From NCBI GenBank assembly GCA_048270045.1, contig JBLWTS010000003.1:10069-74068 (forward strand): DNA of 64,000 bases, in the 5' to 3' direction. The notes below the pieces were generated by a model that saw only the letters and a program-made list of their open reading frames with translations, ran no database searches and was not told where the DNA came from. Shown here piece by piece: positions 6,762 through 16,656 of the stretch (the stretch's first letter is position 1; each line of letters opens with the position of its first letter). The DNA is from Aequorivita sp. (GTDB lineage Bacteria; Bacteroidota; Bacteroidia; Flavobacteriales; Flavobacteriaceae). Position numbers and translations under genes: made by a program.

Positions 6762-6951
6762 AACTATCTAATTTATAAAGTCTTGCCGCCTTGGTCAAGA
6801 CCTTTGTTAAACTTTTATAAACTGCTTAAATAAAATATTCTAAACCATCCTTTATGGGAGTTAAAGGCCAAGTTAAGGCCACCATGCTCCATAGATGCGG
6901 CTACCTAAGTCCGGGGTAAGTCCGGGTATAATGCGGGTAAATTTTTATAAA

Positions 6952-7206
6952 TTACTTGCTACTTTGATCTTCACATTTCCCATCCGTCCAAGAAAGTAGT
7001 CCCGCCCGACCAGCGGCGCAGGGGTTCGAGTAGGTCTTTCCATCGCAACCACATACTGGTGCATATTCTAAAGTACACGGCCCATCACTTATTTTGGATG
7101 CATCGATACACGCAGTGGTGTTGGTGCTGCCACAAGAGTTGACTAATAGCAACCCGCAAATAAGAAAAATGGGAGTCCAAAAAGATAGTTTGTGCACTAC
7201 TTTCAT
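6952..7206 (-). CDS. Kazal-type serine protease inhibitor domain lipoprotein
   Basis: Start moved to the ATG at 7206 (MKVVHKLSFWTPIFLICGLLLVNSC, signal peptide plus lipobox Cys). Kazal signature CTLEYAPVCGCDGKTYSNPCAAGRAG. Confidence 0.75.
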   Translation of the reverse strand: MKVVHKLSFWTPIFLICGLLLVNSCGSTNTTACIDASKISDGPCTLEYAPVCGCDGKTYSNPCAAGRAGLLSWTDGKCEDQSSK

Positions 7207-7370
7207 TTCTTGAAATTGTACTACTAATATAAGCCCGTTTGCCTCGAATTCCAAAAATAGGGTGCAAATATATTTAAAACACTAATAATCAAATTTTTAT
7301 GTATTTATTTCTTGAATTTACTAAAGTTTTATTGTAATTCATTTTCCTTCTTTTTAAACGTTAAAAGGCT

Positions 7371-7378
7371 TAAATTTG
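7371..7378 (+). promoter_or_regulatory. TAAATTTG -7 box (TAnnTTTG) upstream of ppa
   Basis: Matches the Bacteroidota -7 consensus, 38 nt upstream of the ATG at 7416. Confidence 0.45.
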
Positions 7379-7415
7379 CACCCTCAAAAATTGGAACAAA
7401 GTAAATATCATAAAT

Positions 7416-7928
7416 ATGAGTAAGACATTCGATGTGCTAATAGAAATTCCTAAAGGCAGCCGTAACAAATATGAATACGATTTTAAACTAAAGAAAATTC
7501 GTTTCGACCGTATGCTTTTCAGCAGTATGATGTACCCGGCCGATTACGGTTTTATTCCCGAAACCTATGCCCAAGATGGCGATCCTTTGGATGTATTGGT
7601 GCTAGGCCACGAACCTACCTTCCCAATGTGCGTGATGGAAGTAAAGGCTATCGGCGTATTCCATATGGCCGATGAAAAAGGACCGGATGAAAAGATAATC
7701 TGCGTCCCTATGTCCGATCCTATCTGGAACCAGCTAAATGACCTGGAAGATCTCAACCCACACCTTATTAAGGAAATAGAACATTTCTTTAAAGTCTATA
7801 AAGACCTTGAAAAAAAACGTGTAGACGTAGGAGGCTGGGGCAACGCCGAAGAAGCCTTGGAAATCTACCGCCAATGCGTAAAACGCTACAACGAAACCCC
7901 CGAAGTACACGGACAGTTCAGTATTTAG
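7416..7928 (+). CDS. ppa: Soluble inorganic pyrophosphatase (family I)
   Basis: 170 aa. IEIPKGSRNKYEYD...YPADYGFIP...DGDPLDVLV are classic family I PPase motifs. Confidence 0.95.
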   Translation: MSKTFDVLIEIPKGSRNKYEYDFKLKKIRFDRMLFSSMMYPADYGFIPETYAQDGDPLDVLVLGHEPTFPMCVMEVKAIGVFHMADEKGPDEKIICVPMSDPIWNQLNDLEDLNPHLIKEIEHFFKVYKDLEKKRVDVGGWGNAEEALEIYRQCVKRYNETPEVHGQFSI

Positions 7929-7946
7929 AAATTAGACATAAGACTA

Positions 7947-7998
7947 AAAGACATAAGACGTAAGACTCATTTCAGTTTAAGTCTTATGTCTTTTGAAT
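7947..7998 (+). terminator. Long hairpin followed by a T-run after ppa
   Basis: AAAAGACATAAGAC (7947-7960) pairs perfectly with GTCTTATGTCTTTT (7981-7994). The stem is built from inverted copies of the AGACATAAGAC repeat. Confidence 0.6.
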
Positions 7999-8151
7999 TT
8001 ATAAAACACATCTCCAATCTCTTACAATTCAGTCTAGTCTCTAGCAGTCCCGATTTATCGGGGCGGTCCAGTCTCTCGTTTCTCGTCTCTCGTCTCCTCC
8101 ACCATTTAACATATCCTTCACTTTCCTGTTTCGTATCCCAAACCATTTCCC

Positions 8152-8159
8152 TACTTTTG
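8152..8159 (+). promoter_or_regulatory. TACTTTTG -7 box upstream of hppA
   Basis: TAnnTTTG match 41 nt upstream of the ATG at 8200. Confidence 0.45.
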
Positions 8160-8199
8160 CAGTCGCAAATTTGAAAACCAACCTTAATCTAAAATATTT

Positions 8200-10719
8200 A
8201 TGGAATCAATGATGATCTACGCGCCAATAGCAATGGCGCTATTAGGCTTAATCTTTATGGCCGTTAAACGTTCGTGGGTAATGAAACAAAACCCTGGTGA
8301 CGGTAAAATGAAAGAAATAAGCGACCACATTTATGAAGGGGCTTTGGCCTTTCTTAATGCTGAATACAGAGTGCTAGCTATTTTTGTGGTTATTGTAAGT
8401 ATAGCCTTGGCAGTGGTATCTTATATAGTTCCTACCACCCACATATTAATTGTTGTAGCGTTTATATTCGGTGCCGTTTTCTCTGCCTTGGCAGGAAATA
8501 TGGGGATGAAAATCGCAACAAAAACTAACGTTCGTACCACCCAAGCCGCTCGTACCAGCCTACCAAATGCACTAAAAGTTTCTTTTGGCGGGGGAACAGT
8601 AATGGGACTTGGTGTGGCAGGTCTTGCAGTACTTGGTTTAACTGCATTCTTTATATTCTTCTTCCATTATTTTATGGGAGGTATTTGGACCAATACAATG
8701 GATATGACCATCGTTCTTGAAACATTGGCAGGTTTCTCGCTGGGAGCCGAATCTATTGCATTGTTCGCTAGAGTAGGAGGTGGGATCTATACAAAAGCAG
8801 CCGATGTGGGTGCCGACCTTGTTGGAAAAGTAGAAGCAGGTATTCCTGAAGATGATCCACGAAACCCAGCTACTATTGCCGATAACGTTGGAGATAACGT
8901 TGGGGACGTAGCAGGTATGGGTGCCGACTTATTTGGTAGTTATGTTGCAACCGTTCTGGCAGCAATGGTTTTAGGAAATTACGTAATTAAAGATATGGGC
9001 GGAGTAATTAACGACGCATTCGGAGGTATTGGCCCAATCCTGTTGCCAATGGCAATTGCAGGTGTGGGTATCATTATTTCTATTATCGGAACCATGCTCG
9101 TAAAAATCAATAGCAACGATGCAAAAGAATCGCAAGTAATGGGGGCTTTAAATATTGGTAACTGGGTATCTATCGTTTTAGTTGCCATTTCTTGCTTTGC
9201 GCTTGTAAAATGGATGCTTCCCGAAACAATGAATATGAGCTTCTTCGGCGAAGGCCTTCAGGAAATATCTTCGATGAGAGTATTCTATGCTACCCTAGTA
9301 GGTTTGGTTGTAGGTGCGGGAATTTCATCGGTAACAGAATATTACACTGGATTGGGTAAAAAACCAATTCTTAAAATAGTTCAGCAATCGTCAACAGGGG
9401 CTGGAACAAACATTATTGCCGGTTTGGCAACAGGGATGATTTCTACTTTCCCTTCTATCTTACTTTTCGCAGGTGCTATCTGGGCATCATACGCCTTTGC
9501 AGGATTCTACGGAGTTGCCCTCGCTGCTTCTGCTATGATGGCAACTACAGCTATGCAACTTGCAATCGATGCTTTCGGACCTATTAGCGATAACGCAGGG
9601 GGTATTGCCGAAATGAGCGAGCAGGAACCAATAGTACGTGAGCGTACCGATATTCTGGATGCCGTAGGAAATACTACCGCTGCTACAGGTAAAGGATTTG
9701 CTATCGCCTCTGCTGCATTGACTTCCTTAGCTCTTTTTGCAGCTTACGTAACCTTTACAGGTATCGACGGAATCAACATCTTTAAAGCTCCTGTATTGGC
9801 GATGCTTTTTGTAGGTGGAATGGTGCCGGTAGTATTTTCAGCATTGGCAATGAACGCCGTTGGAAAAGCTGCTATGGAAATGGTAAATGAGGTGAGAAGA
9901 CAGTTCCGCGAAATTCCAGGAATTATGGAAGGAACCGGAAAACCAGAATACGACAAGTGTGTGGCTATTTCAACCCAAGCGTCTTTAAGAGAAATGGTGT
10001 TGCCAGGAGTTCTTACAATCGGTTTCCCAATAGTAATTGCTTTCGCTCCCATGCTTTTTGGAATGGATAATATGTCTATCGCCGAAATGCTTGGTGGTTA
10101 TATGGCCGGAGTTACCGTAAGTGGTGTACTTTGGGCTATTTTCCAAAACAATGCTGGTGGGGCCTGGGATAACGCAAAGAAATCCTTTGAAGCCGGAGTT
10201 CTTATCGATGGCGAAATGACATACAAAGGAAGCGAAGCCCACAAAGCCGCAGTTACGGGAGATACTGTAGGAGATCCATTTAAGGATACTTCAGGGCCTT
10301 CGATGAACATCTTGATTAAACTTACCTGTTTGATCGGACTCGTAATCGCGCCTATTCTTGGAAATCACGATGGGGTTGTGTTGGCAAATGAAACTACTTT
10401 AAATGAAACCACTACGAATGAAGTTTATATGATCGATGCAGAAGGTAATAAGGTGCCATTGACCGAAAAGCAAATTCAGTTTATCGAAACAGGTAGAGCC
10501 GTTACTCCCATTCAAAATGGAGAAGACCGCACCCAAACTTTGGTTGAAATGATTAAAAATGACAATAACGATCAAGTTAAAGCCAACGTAACCATTATAC
10601 GAACCATTAACGGGGAACAATCTACCGAAACCCTAACCTTCGCTGGTACCGAAGAAGAGGTTCGCAGCCAAATGAAGGATGTAAAGGGAATGAAAATCAA
10701 GATAAAGGATAAAGAGTAA
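8200..10719 (+). CDS. hppA: Membrane-bound ion-translocating pyrophosphatase with a ~100-aa soluble C-terminal extension
   Basis: 839 aa and multi-TM. Motifs [53 protein letters not shown]. The tail after ...LGNHDG is hydrophilic ([20 protein letters not shown]...KIKDKE). Confidence 0.95.
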   Translation: MESMMIYAPIAMALLGLIFMAVKRSWVMKQNPGDGKMKEISDHIYEGALAFLNAEYRVLAIFVVIVSIALAVVSYIVPTTHILIVVAFIFGAVFSALAGNMGMKIATKTNVRTTQAARTSLPNALKVSFGGGTVMGLGVAGLAVLGLTAFFIFFFHYFMGGIWTNTMDMTIVLETLAGFSLGAESIALFARVGGGIYTKAADVGADLVGKVEAGIPEDDPRNPATIADNVGDNVGDVAGMGADLFGSYVATVLAAMVLGNYVIKDMGGVINDAFGGIGPILLPMAIAGVGIIISIIGTMLVKINSNDAKESQVMGALNIGNWVSIVLVAISCFALVKWMLPETMNMSFFGEGLQEISSMRVFYATLVGLVVGAGISSVTEYYTGLGKKPILKIVQQSSTGAGTNIIAGLATGMISTFPSILLFAGAIWASYAFAGFYGVALAASAMMATTAMQLAIDAFGPISDNAGGIAEMSEQEPIVRERTDILDAVGNTTAATGKGFAIASAALTSLALFAAYVTFTGIDGINIFKAPVLAMLFVGGMVPVVFSALAMNAVGKAAMEMVNEVRRQFREIPGIMEGTGKPEYDKCVAISTQASLREMVLPGVLTIGFPIVIAFAPMLFGMDNMSIAEMLGGYMAGVTVSGVLWAIFQNNAGGAWDNAKKSFEAGVLIDGEMTYKGSEAHKAAVTGDTVGDPFKDTSGPSMNILIKLTCLIGLVIAPILGNHDGVVLANETTLNETTTNEVYMIDAEGNKVPLTEKQIQFIETGRAVTPIQNGEDRTQTLVEMIKNDNNDQVKANVTIIRTINGEQSTETLTFAGTEEEVRSQMKDVKGMKIKIKDKE

Positions 10720-10766
10720 TTCTTAATCTATGTCGCCAAATAAACAAAGGCGTTCAATAAAATTCC

Positions 10767-10806
10767 AAAACCTGCAAAATCCCACCGATTTTGCAGGTTT
10801 TTTTAT
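10767..10806 (+). terminator. Rho-independent terminator after hppA
   Basis: AAAACCTGCAAAATC / GATTTTGCAGGTTTT stem followed by a T-run. Confidence 0.8.
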
Positions 10807-10825
10807 TGGTTAAAAAAGTCGATAG

Positions 10826-10912
10826 ACTTCGACTTCAATTTCAATTTCAACCTCAACTTCAAATTCAATTTCAACTTCAATTTCAATTTCAACTTCAATT
10901 TCAACCCCAAAT
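10826..10912. repeat. Tandem repeat tract of TTCAAT/TTCAAC units (CAATTTCAACTTCAA type)
   Basis: Read directly. Same family as 27027..27087 and 36771..36818. Confidence 0.9.
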
Positions 10913-10963
10913 TAACATTTCCAAAATAATCCTACATTAAAATTTACATATCTTAGCCTGACT

Positions 10964-12226
10964 ATGGATTACAACGACCTCGTAACACTGGGAATTTCAT
11001 TTGGACTGGGCCTTCTGGTAGGGTTACAGCGTGAAAAAACCAATCATGAAACAGCGGGAGTTCGTACCTTTACCCTTATTGCAATCCTAGGAACAATCGC
11101 CGGATTCTTAACCCGCGAATACGACAATCCCTTTATACTTCCCATTTTCGGAATTGCCGTAACAGCCTTAATGATTACCGCCAATATTATAATTGCGAGA
11201 AGAGATGAAGATACTTCCGCCGGACAAACCACTGAAGTTGCCGTATTATTGATGTTTGCACTGGGTGCCTATTTGGTTTTGGGCGATCACGTAATTGGAG
11301 TAATCATAGGCGGAGCTCTTGCTATTCTACTATATATAAAAGAATCACTTCATAATTTTATCGATAAGCTTAAGGATAAAGACCTCGGTGCAATTATGAC
11401 TTTTGTTGGCATTTCATTGGTCATTCTCCCAATTCTCCCAGATGAAACCTATGGTCCATTAAACGTACTTAACCCACGCGATATATGGTTAATGGTTACG
11501 CTTATAGTCGGTATTAGCGTTCTGGGCTATTTTGTATATAAATGGGTAGGGAAGAAGGCCGGAATGATATCCAACGGCATCTTGGGAGGAATTATCAGCA
11601 GTACTGCCACCACGGTGAGTTATGCCCGGAATGCTTCGAAAAACGCCAGCATAAGTAAGGTTTCGGCATTTGTTATTATGGCTTCGGTCACGGTTTCAAT
11701 TATTCGCGTAATTATTGAGATTGGAATAGTCGTACCCGAAAAGCTTCCTGCCTTAATAACCCCCTTTGCCATTCTATTTTTATTTATGGCTGTTCTATCT
11801 GTAATTCTTTTCTATACGGTGTCGAAAGATAAATCGGTTGAAGACATGCCAGAACCAAAGAATCCTGCGCAGTTTAAGAGTGCGTTTGTTTTTGGATTGT
11901 TGTACGGACTTATTCTCTTGGCTGTAGCATTTACAGAAAGGGAATTTGGAAACGAAGGACTTTACATCGTTTCTATCATTGGAGGATTGGCAAAAAAAGA
12001 TGCCATTACTTTATCATTGGCACATTCCATAAGTGGAGGATTGGCAACCGAATTGGGCTGGCGACTCATAATGACAGGAGTGCTAGCTAATTTTGCATTT
12101 AAAATCGTTTTGGTAGCTGTGTTGGGGAATAAAAAACTTGTAACTTGGGTAGGTGGCGCAATGTTTCTTTCAATCGTCGCTGGCTTATTACTGATGTGGC
12201 TTTGGCCTGAAGGATGGCATTTTTAA
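10964..12226 (+). CDS. MgtC/SapB-family plus DUF4010 integral membrane protein
   Basis: 420 aa, polytopic. The N-terminus LGLLVGLQREKTNHETAGVRTFTLIAILG is typical of the MgtC family. Confidence 0.7.
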   Translation: MDYNDLVTLGISFGLGLLVGLQREKTNHETAGVRTFTLIAILGTIAGFLTREYDNPFILPIFGIAVTALMITANIIIARRDEDTSAGQTTEVAVLLMFALGAYLVLGDHVIGVIIGGALAILLYIKESLHNFIDKLKDKDLGAIMTFVGISLVILPILPDETYGPLNVLNPRDIWLMVTLIVGISVLGYFVYKWVGKKAGMISNGILGGIISSTATTVSYARNASKNASISKVSAFVIMASVTVSIIRVIIEIGIVVPEKLPALITPFAILFLFMAVLSVILFYTVSKDKSVEDMPEPKNPAQFKSAFVFGLLYGLILLAVAFTEREFGNEGLYIVSIIGGLAKKDAITLSLAHSISGGLATELGWRLIMTGVLANFAFKIVLVAVLGNKKLVTWVGGAMFLSIVAGLLLMWLWPEGWHF

Positions 12227-12275
12227 TTTGAATAGCCTCCTTTTTATCAACCCCATTTTCAAAAACATAGTCAAT

Positions 12276-13298
12276 ATGAATTTCTTTAAAAAAGACCCTC
12301 TACATATAGTTCCATTTAGAAGCTATGGCACTTCAAGCCATCTCTATGCTAAAGGAAGAGCTTTGGAAGATGAAAGCATCGATTTAACCAAAAAGGGGTT
12401 TTTTAATATGCTGTGGATTGCATACAAACGCTTTGGGACCGACCTTGTCAAAAATACCCAAGTGCTGCTTAAGCTTTCGGATGGCAGGAAATTAAAAACC
12501 AAAACCAGCGACCAAGGATATTACCTCATTGATGAAACCGTAGAGGATATGACCCCTTTAGTTGATAAAGAAGGTATTCTGAAGTATCAAATTTCTTTTT
12601 TGGAACCTATGTCAGGACGAAAAATCCAACGGGAGAATATGTTTAAAGGAGAGATAATTATTCCTTCGCAAACTGCCAAATTCGGAGTAATAAGCGATAT
12701 TGATGACACTATTATCCATACAGGATTAACCTCGCGACTTAAATGGCAAGTAGTAAAAAACACCATTTTTAAACGCGCCGAAAATAGAATTCCTTTAGAA
12801 GGAGCTCCAGAGTTCTATACAAAACTTCAGCACGGAAAATCAGGTAACGATTGCAATCCCATTTTTTACGTTAGCCACAGTCCTTGGAACTTGTATGAAT
12901 ATCTCGAACTGTTTTTAAGGGCAAACAACTTTCCAAAAGGCCCCATATTGTTACGTGATTTTGTGAGTCCGCTTAAAACCATGTTTCAGCCAAAAGAAAA
13001 AGGGGAGAAGCCCGAAAAACAAAAGGAAATTTTAAATATTCTGAAGACATATCCAGAATTGCCTTTTATCCTGATTGGAGATAGTGGCGAACGCGATCCC
13101 GACATCTATATAGAAATAGCCGAAGCCCATCCCGAACGCATTCTCGCTATCTATATGCGAAGCGTAAACCATAGAAAAAAGATGATTCGCGTAGAAGGAC
13201 TTTTTAAAGAATATGAAACCGTCCCCGTCCTGCTTGTAGAAAACAGCAAAGCAGCCGTAGAACACGCCCGCCAAATGGGATTCATTTCAGAAACATAA
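12276..13298 (+). CDS. App1-family (DUF2183) phosphatidate phosphatase-like protein
   Basis: GVISDIDDTIIHTG (DxDxT) motif. I prefer the ATG at 12276 to the TTG at 12228 used by the ORF track. Confidence 0.7.
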   Translation: MNFFKKDPLHIVPFRSYGTSSHLYAKGRALEDESIDLTKKGFFNMLWIAYKRFGTDLVKNTQVLLKLSDGRKLKTKTSDQGYYLIDETVEDMTPLVDKEGILKYQISFLEPMSGRKIQRENMFKGEIIIPSQTAKFGVISDIDDTIIHTGLTSRLKWQVVKNTIFKRAENRIPLEGAPEFYTKLQHGKSGNDCNPIFYVSHSPWNLYEYLELFLRANNFPKGPILLRDFVSPLKTMFQPKEKGEKPEKQKEILNILKTYPELPFILIGDSGERDPDIYIEIAEAHPERILAIYMRSVNHRKKMIRVEGLFKEYETVPVLLVENSKAAVEHARQMGFISET

Positions 13299-13399
13299 AA
13301 GATATAAGAATCAAGACCGCTCCGCTACAAGGATCTAGGCAATACTAGAAAAACTCTTGGCTCAAAACCTTCCCAATGAAAAATCGGAACAGACTCTAA

Positions 13400-13676
13400 T
13401 TCCACTCCTCGTAATTCAAAAAGTCCTGATTCAAAAAGTCCTGATTCAAAAAGTCGTGACTCCAACTGTCCTGATTCAAAAAGTCGTGACACCAACCGTC
13501 CTGATTCAAAACGTCGTAATTCAAAAAGTCCTGATTCCAACTGTCGTGATTCAAAACGTCGTGATTCCACCCGTCGTGATTCCAAATGTCGTGATTCAAA
13601 ACGTCGTGATTCAAAACGTCGTGATTCAAAAAGTCCTGATTCCAAAAGTCCTGATTCAAAACGTCCTGATTCCCCC
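13400..13676. repeat. Tandem 15-mer array (about 18 copies, GTCCTGATTCAAAAA / GTCGTGATTCAAAAC variants)
   Basis: Read directly. It produces three overlapping spurious ORFs (13325..13780 -, 13357..13716 +, 13396..13692 -). Confidence 0.95.
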
Positions 13677-13688
13677 TCCGTCCAAACC

Positions 13689-15746
13689 TCACCCCATCCT
13701 CTCAAAATACCTGTAAATCTCCACCTGCGATTGAAGTTCCTCCTCTGAATTGCGATCGTATTCATTCTTTTGATCGGCATCTATAATTCTGGCTTTTACA
13801 TTATCGGCAAGTTCCAAGTTAATCACATCTCTCACAACTTTCTTATGCTCTGGGTCCAAAATAGGAGCTACAACTTCAATTCGATGGGTGAGGTTTCGCG
13901 TCATCCAATCTGCCGACCCGATAAATATTTTCTCGTCACCCCCATTTCCAAAGATGTATATGCGACCGTGTTCCAGAAACCGGTCCACTACACTGGTAAT
14001 CGTTATATTTTCACTCTGACCTTTTATGCCCGGAATTAAACAGCAAATACCTCGAATCAATAATCGGATTTTCACCCCAGCATTACTGGCTTTATACAAT
14101 TCCTTTATCATATCCTTATCCTCCAAACTGTTCATCTTAAGGATAATCAGACCCTCTTTCCCTGCGTGAGCCAATTCTATTTCTTTTTCTACCAACTCCG
14201 TAAAACGAAGGCGAGCGGAAAAAGGAGCCACAATTAGTTGCTTGGTCTTTGGCACCAATACCGTGCGTTCCAATACCATAAAGACCTTTTTAACGTCCGC
14301 AGCTATCTTTTTGTGCGCGGTCATCAATCCAAAATCGGTGTATAATTTCGCGGTGTTTTCGTTGAAATTGCCAGTTCCTATATATGCGTAACCTTTCGCC
14401 TCGCCTTCTATTTCCCTTTCTATGTAAAGTATTTTTGAATGTACCTTAATATCAGGATAACTGTAAATTACCTTCGCTCCATTTTCACGGAATTTCTCAC
14501 CCCATTTTAAGTTGTTTTCTTCATCAAAACGAGCTTTTACTTCCATAAAAACAGTAACATCCTTACCCTTTTTTGCAGCAAGTGCTATGGCATCATTAAG
14601 AGGCGACTCTTCCGCTGAGCGATAGATTGTCAACTTAATCTGAGTGGTAAAAGAATCGTTTGCAGCCTCTTCCATCAACTTGATAACCGGATCAAAATTC
14701 TGATACGGAAAGTGCATCAGCTGATCTTTCTTTTCAATCTCTTCAAAAACAGATTCACATTCCCCAAGAATAGGATGAGGTAACGGAGGTAACTTTTTGT
14801 TGGATAAATCCTTATCCGCCGGATTCGGAAAATCCATAAAATCCCTAAAGTTGTGGTACCGCCCGCCCAAGATTACGTCTATGTGAGAAAGATCCAACGC
14901 CTTCTTTAATCCTTCCTGCAAGTCCGTAGCCATTTCAGGATCGATTAAAATCCGGGTGGCTTGACCTGTATCCCTTTTCGGAAGGGCAGCTTTAATCTTT
15001 TCCATTAAATTTCCTGAGAATTCATCCTCGATGTACAATTCCGCATCACGCGAAATCTTGATGGAGTAGAACTTGATTTGATTTGTTTCTGAAAACTCTT
15101 TTTCGAGATTGAATTTTAAAATATCATCAATAAAAGTGATATAATGCTTTGGTTCCTTTTTGCTGGAAACTCTTTCTGTAGTATTGGGAAATACAAAAAA
15201 TCTCGGTTTGGATTGCGGAATCTCCACCAATGCAAATTCCTCCTTGGAAAGAGCGGCAGTTAAATAAAGGGTTTCGTTTTTTACAAATACCTTATTATTT
15301 TTTGAGTAACTATTTTGCTCTATTTGTAATATGGGCTTTAAAGTATCCCGATAATACCGAGTTGCAACTTCCTTTTGTGCCTCAGAAAAATCTTCGTGAC
15401 GGAGCAGGTGAATCCCTTCAGAAGCTAACTGCGGAATGATTTCCTTTTTAAATACTTGGCCAAACTCCTCTTGTTGACGGTCTAATTGTATTTTGATTTC
15501 CTTTAAAACCCTGTTTGGTTTAGTAACAAGCTTTTTTCTAAGCGGTTTGTCCAGTTGCTTGATCTGCCGTATATCCGAAACCCGAACACGAAAAAACTCA
15601 TCGAGATTGGAAGAGAAAATAGCCAAAAATTTAATCCGTTCATACAACGGATTCCGCTTATCTGCTGCTTCCTGCAACACACGATGATTAAATCGCAACC
15701 AAGAAAGATCGCGATGATAAAATTTATTATTATATAGTGAAGCCAT
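13689..15746 (-). CDS. ppk1: Polyphosphate kinase 1
   Basis: 685 aa. The N-terminus YHRDLSWLRFNHRVLQEAADKRNPLYERIKFLAIFSSNLDEFFRVRV and two PLD-like HxK regions (KVHSKI...). Confidence 0.95.
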   Translation of the reverse strand: MASLYNNKFYHRDLSWLRFNHRVLQEAADKRNPLYERIKFLAIFSSNLDEFFRVRVSDIRQIKQLDKPLRKKLVTKPNRVLKEIKIQLDRQQEEFGQVFKKEIIPQLASEGIHLLRHEDFSEAQKEVATRYYRDTLKPILQIEQNSYSKNNKVFVKNETLYLTAALSKEEFALVEIPQSKPRFFVFPNTTERVSSKKEPKHYITFIDDILKFNLEKEFSETNQIKFYSIKISRDAELYIEDEFSGNLMEKIKAALPKRDTGQATRILIDPEMATDLQEGLKKALDLSHIDVILGGRYHNFRDFMDFPNPADKDLSNKKLPPLPHPILGECESVFEEIEKKDQLMHFPYQNFDPVIKLMEEAANDSFTTQIKLTIYRSAEESPLNDAIALAAKKGKDVTVFMEVKARFDEENNLKWGEKFRENGAKVIYSYPDIKVHSKILYIEREIEGEAKGYAYIGTGNFNENTAKLYTDFGLMTAHKKIAADVKKVFMVLERTVLVPKTKQLIVAPFSARLRFTELVEKEIELAHAGKEGLIILKMNSLEDKDMIKELYKASNAGVKIRLLIRGICCLIPGIKGQSENITITSVVDRFLEHGRIYIFGNGGDEKIFIGSADWMTRNLTHRIEVVAPILDPEHKKVVRDVINLELADNVKARIIDADQKNEYDRNSEEELQSQVEIYRYFERMG

Positions 15747-15851
15747 AAATGCCCAAGAAGTCGGGTATCTTTTTAGAATTAATCCTGATTTCCAAAGGAA
15801 ACGATTTATGTCGAAATGGACTGTTTTAGAAATGTTAAGGTTTATATATCA

Positions 15852-15885
15852 AAAGACCCCAAAGTTTTTAAGCCTTTGGGGTCTT
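15852..15885. terminator. Hairpin AAAGACCCCAAAG-N8-CTTTGGGGTCTTT; probable terminator downstream of the dNK operon
   Basis: Perfect 13-bp stem flanked by A/T runs, between 16041 (dNK stop, - strand) and 15746 (ppk1 start). Confidence 0.6.
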
Positions 15886-16040
15886 TCCATATATTATAAT
15901 ATAACTGTATTTAAACCGTCTCACATCTCAAATCTCCCGTCTCACATCTCAATTTTTTAAGGTCCTTCAATATATTATAACTTCACTGTATTTAAACCGT
16001 CTCAAATCTCAAATCTCAAATCTCCCGTCTCACATCTCAA
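15886..16040. repeat. Two tandem ~75-bp units ending in TCTCAAA/TCTCACA heptamer runs
   Basis: ATATATTATAA..CTGTATTTAAACCGTCTCA[CA]ATCTCAAATCTC... occurs twice (about 15886-15952 and 15966-16040). Confidence 0.85.
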
Positions 16041-16655
16041 CTAAAACAGCCCGTGCAACTCCGCATCAATCTTGTTGATCACCTCTCCCAAATGCTCGGG
16101 ATCATCTACAAAATTAATATTGTCCACATCAAGGATAATTAGATTTCCTTTGTCGTAACCGTGGATCCAGGCTTCATAACGTTCGTTTAAGCGGCTGAGG
16201 TAGTCAATGCTGATTGAGTTTTCGTACTCACGTCCACGTTTGTGGATTTGACTGACCAAATTTGGAATACTGCTTCTTAAATAGATTAGTAAATCGGGTC
16301 CTTCGGTTACACTTTCCATTAACTCAAATAAGGAACGGTAGTTTTCAAAATCGCGATTGGTCATAAGTCCCATCGCATGTAGGTTGGGCGCAAAGATGTA
16401 GGCATCTTCATAAATTGTTCTATCCTGAATTACACTCTTCCCCTTTTCTCTGATTTCTAGAATCTGCCGAAAACGACTGTTCAAAAAATAGATCTGAAGA
16501 TTGAAAGACCAACGTTCCATCTGATTGTAAAAGTCGTCTAAATACGGATTGTCATCAACTTCTTCAAAATGAGGCTGCCATTTGTAATGTTTTGCCAATA
16601 AACGGGTAAGAGTAGTTTTTCCGGAACCAATGTTTCCTGCAATCGCAACGTGCAT
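16041..16655 (-). CDS. Deoxynucleoside kinase
   Basis: 204 aa. P-loop IAGNIGSGKTTL, and ERS/DR(T)IYED motifs typical of the dNK family. Confidence 0.9.
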   Translation of the reverse strand: MHVAIAGNIGSGKTTLTRLLAKHYKWQPHFEEVDDNPYLDDFYNQMERWSFNLQIYFLNSRFRQILEIREKGKSVIQDRTIYEDAYIFAPNLHAMGLMTNRDFENYRSLFELMESVTEGPDLLIYLRSSIPNLVSQIHKRGREYENSISIDYLSRLNERYEAWIHGYDKGNLIILDVDNINFVDDPEHLGEVINKIDAELHGLF

Positions 16656-16656
16656 A

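Noticed and set aside
7340-7372. 10-nt match (TTTTTAAACG) between the T-rich tail after scaffold copy A and the region upstream of ppa, as a possible guide target
   Set aside because: The match is short, AT-rich and breaks down immediately on both sides, so it is compatible with chance in a 64-kb AT-rich window.
13325-13780. Three overlapping ORFs (151, 119 and 98 aa) with repetitive peptides
   Set aside because: All are read-through of the 15-mer tandem array in different frames and strands, so they are not coding.
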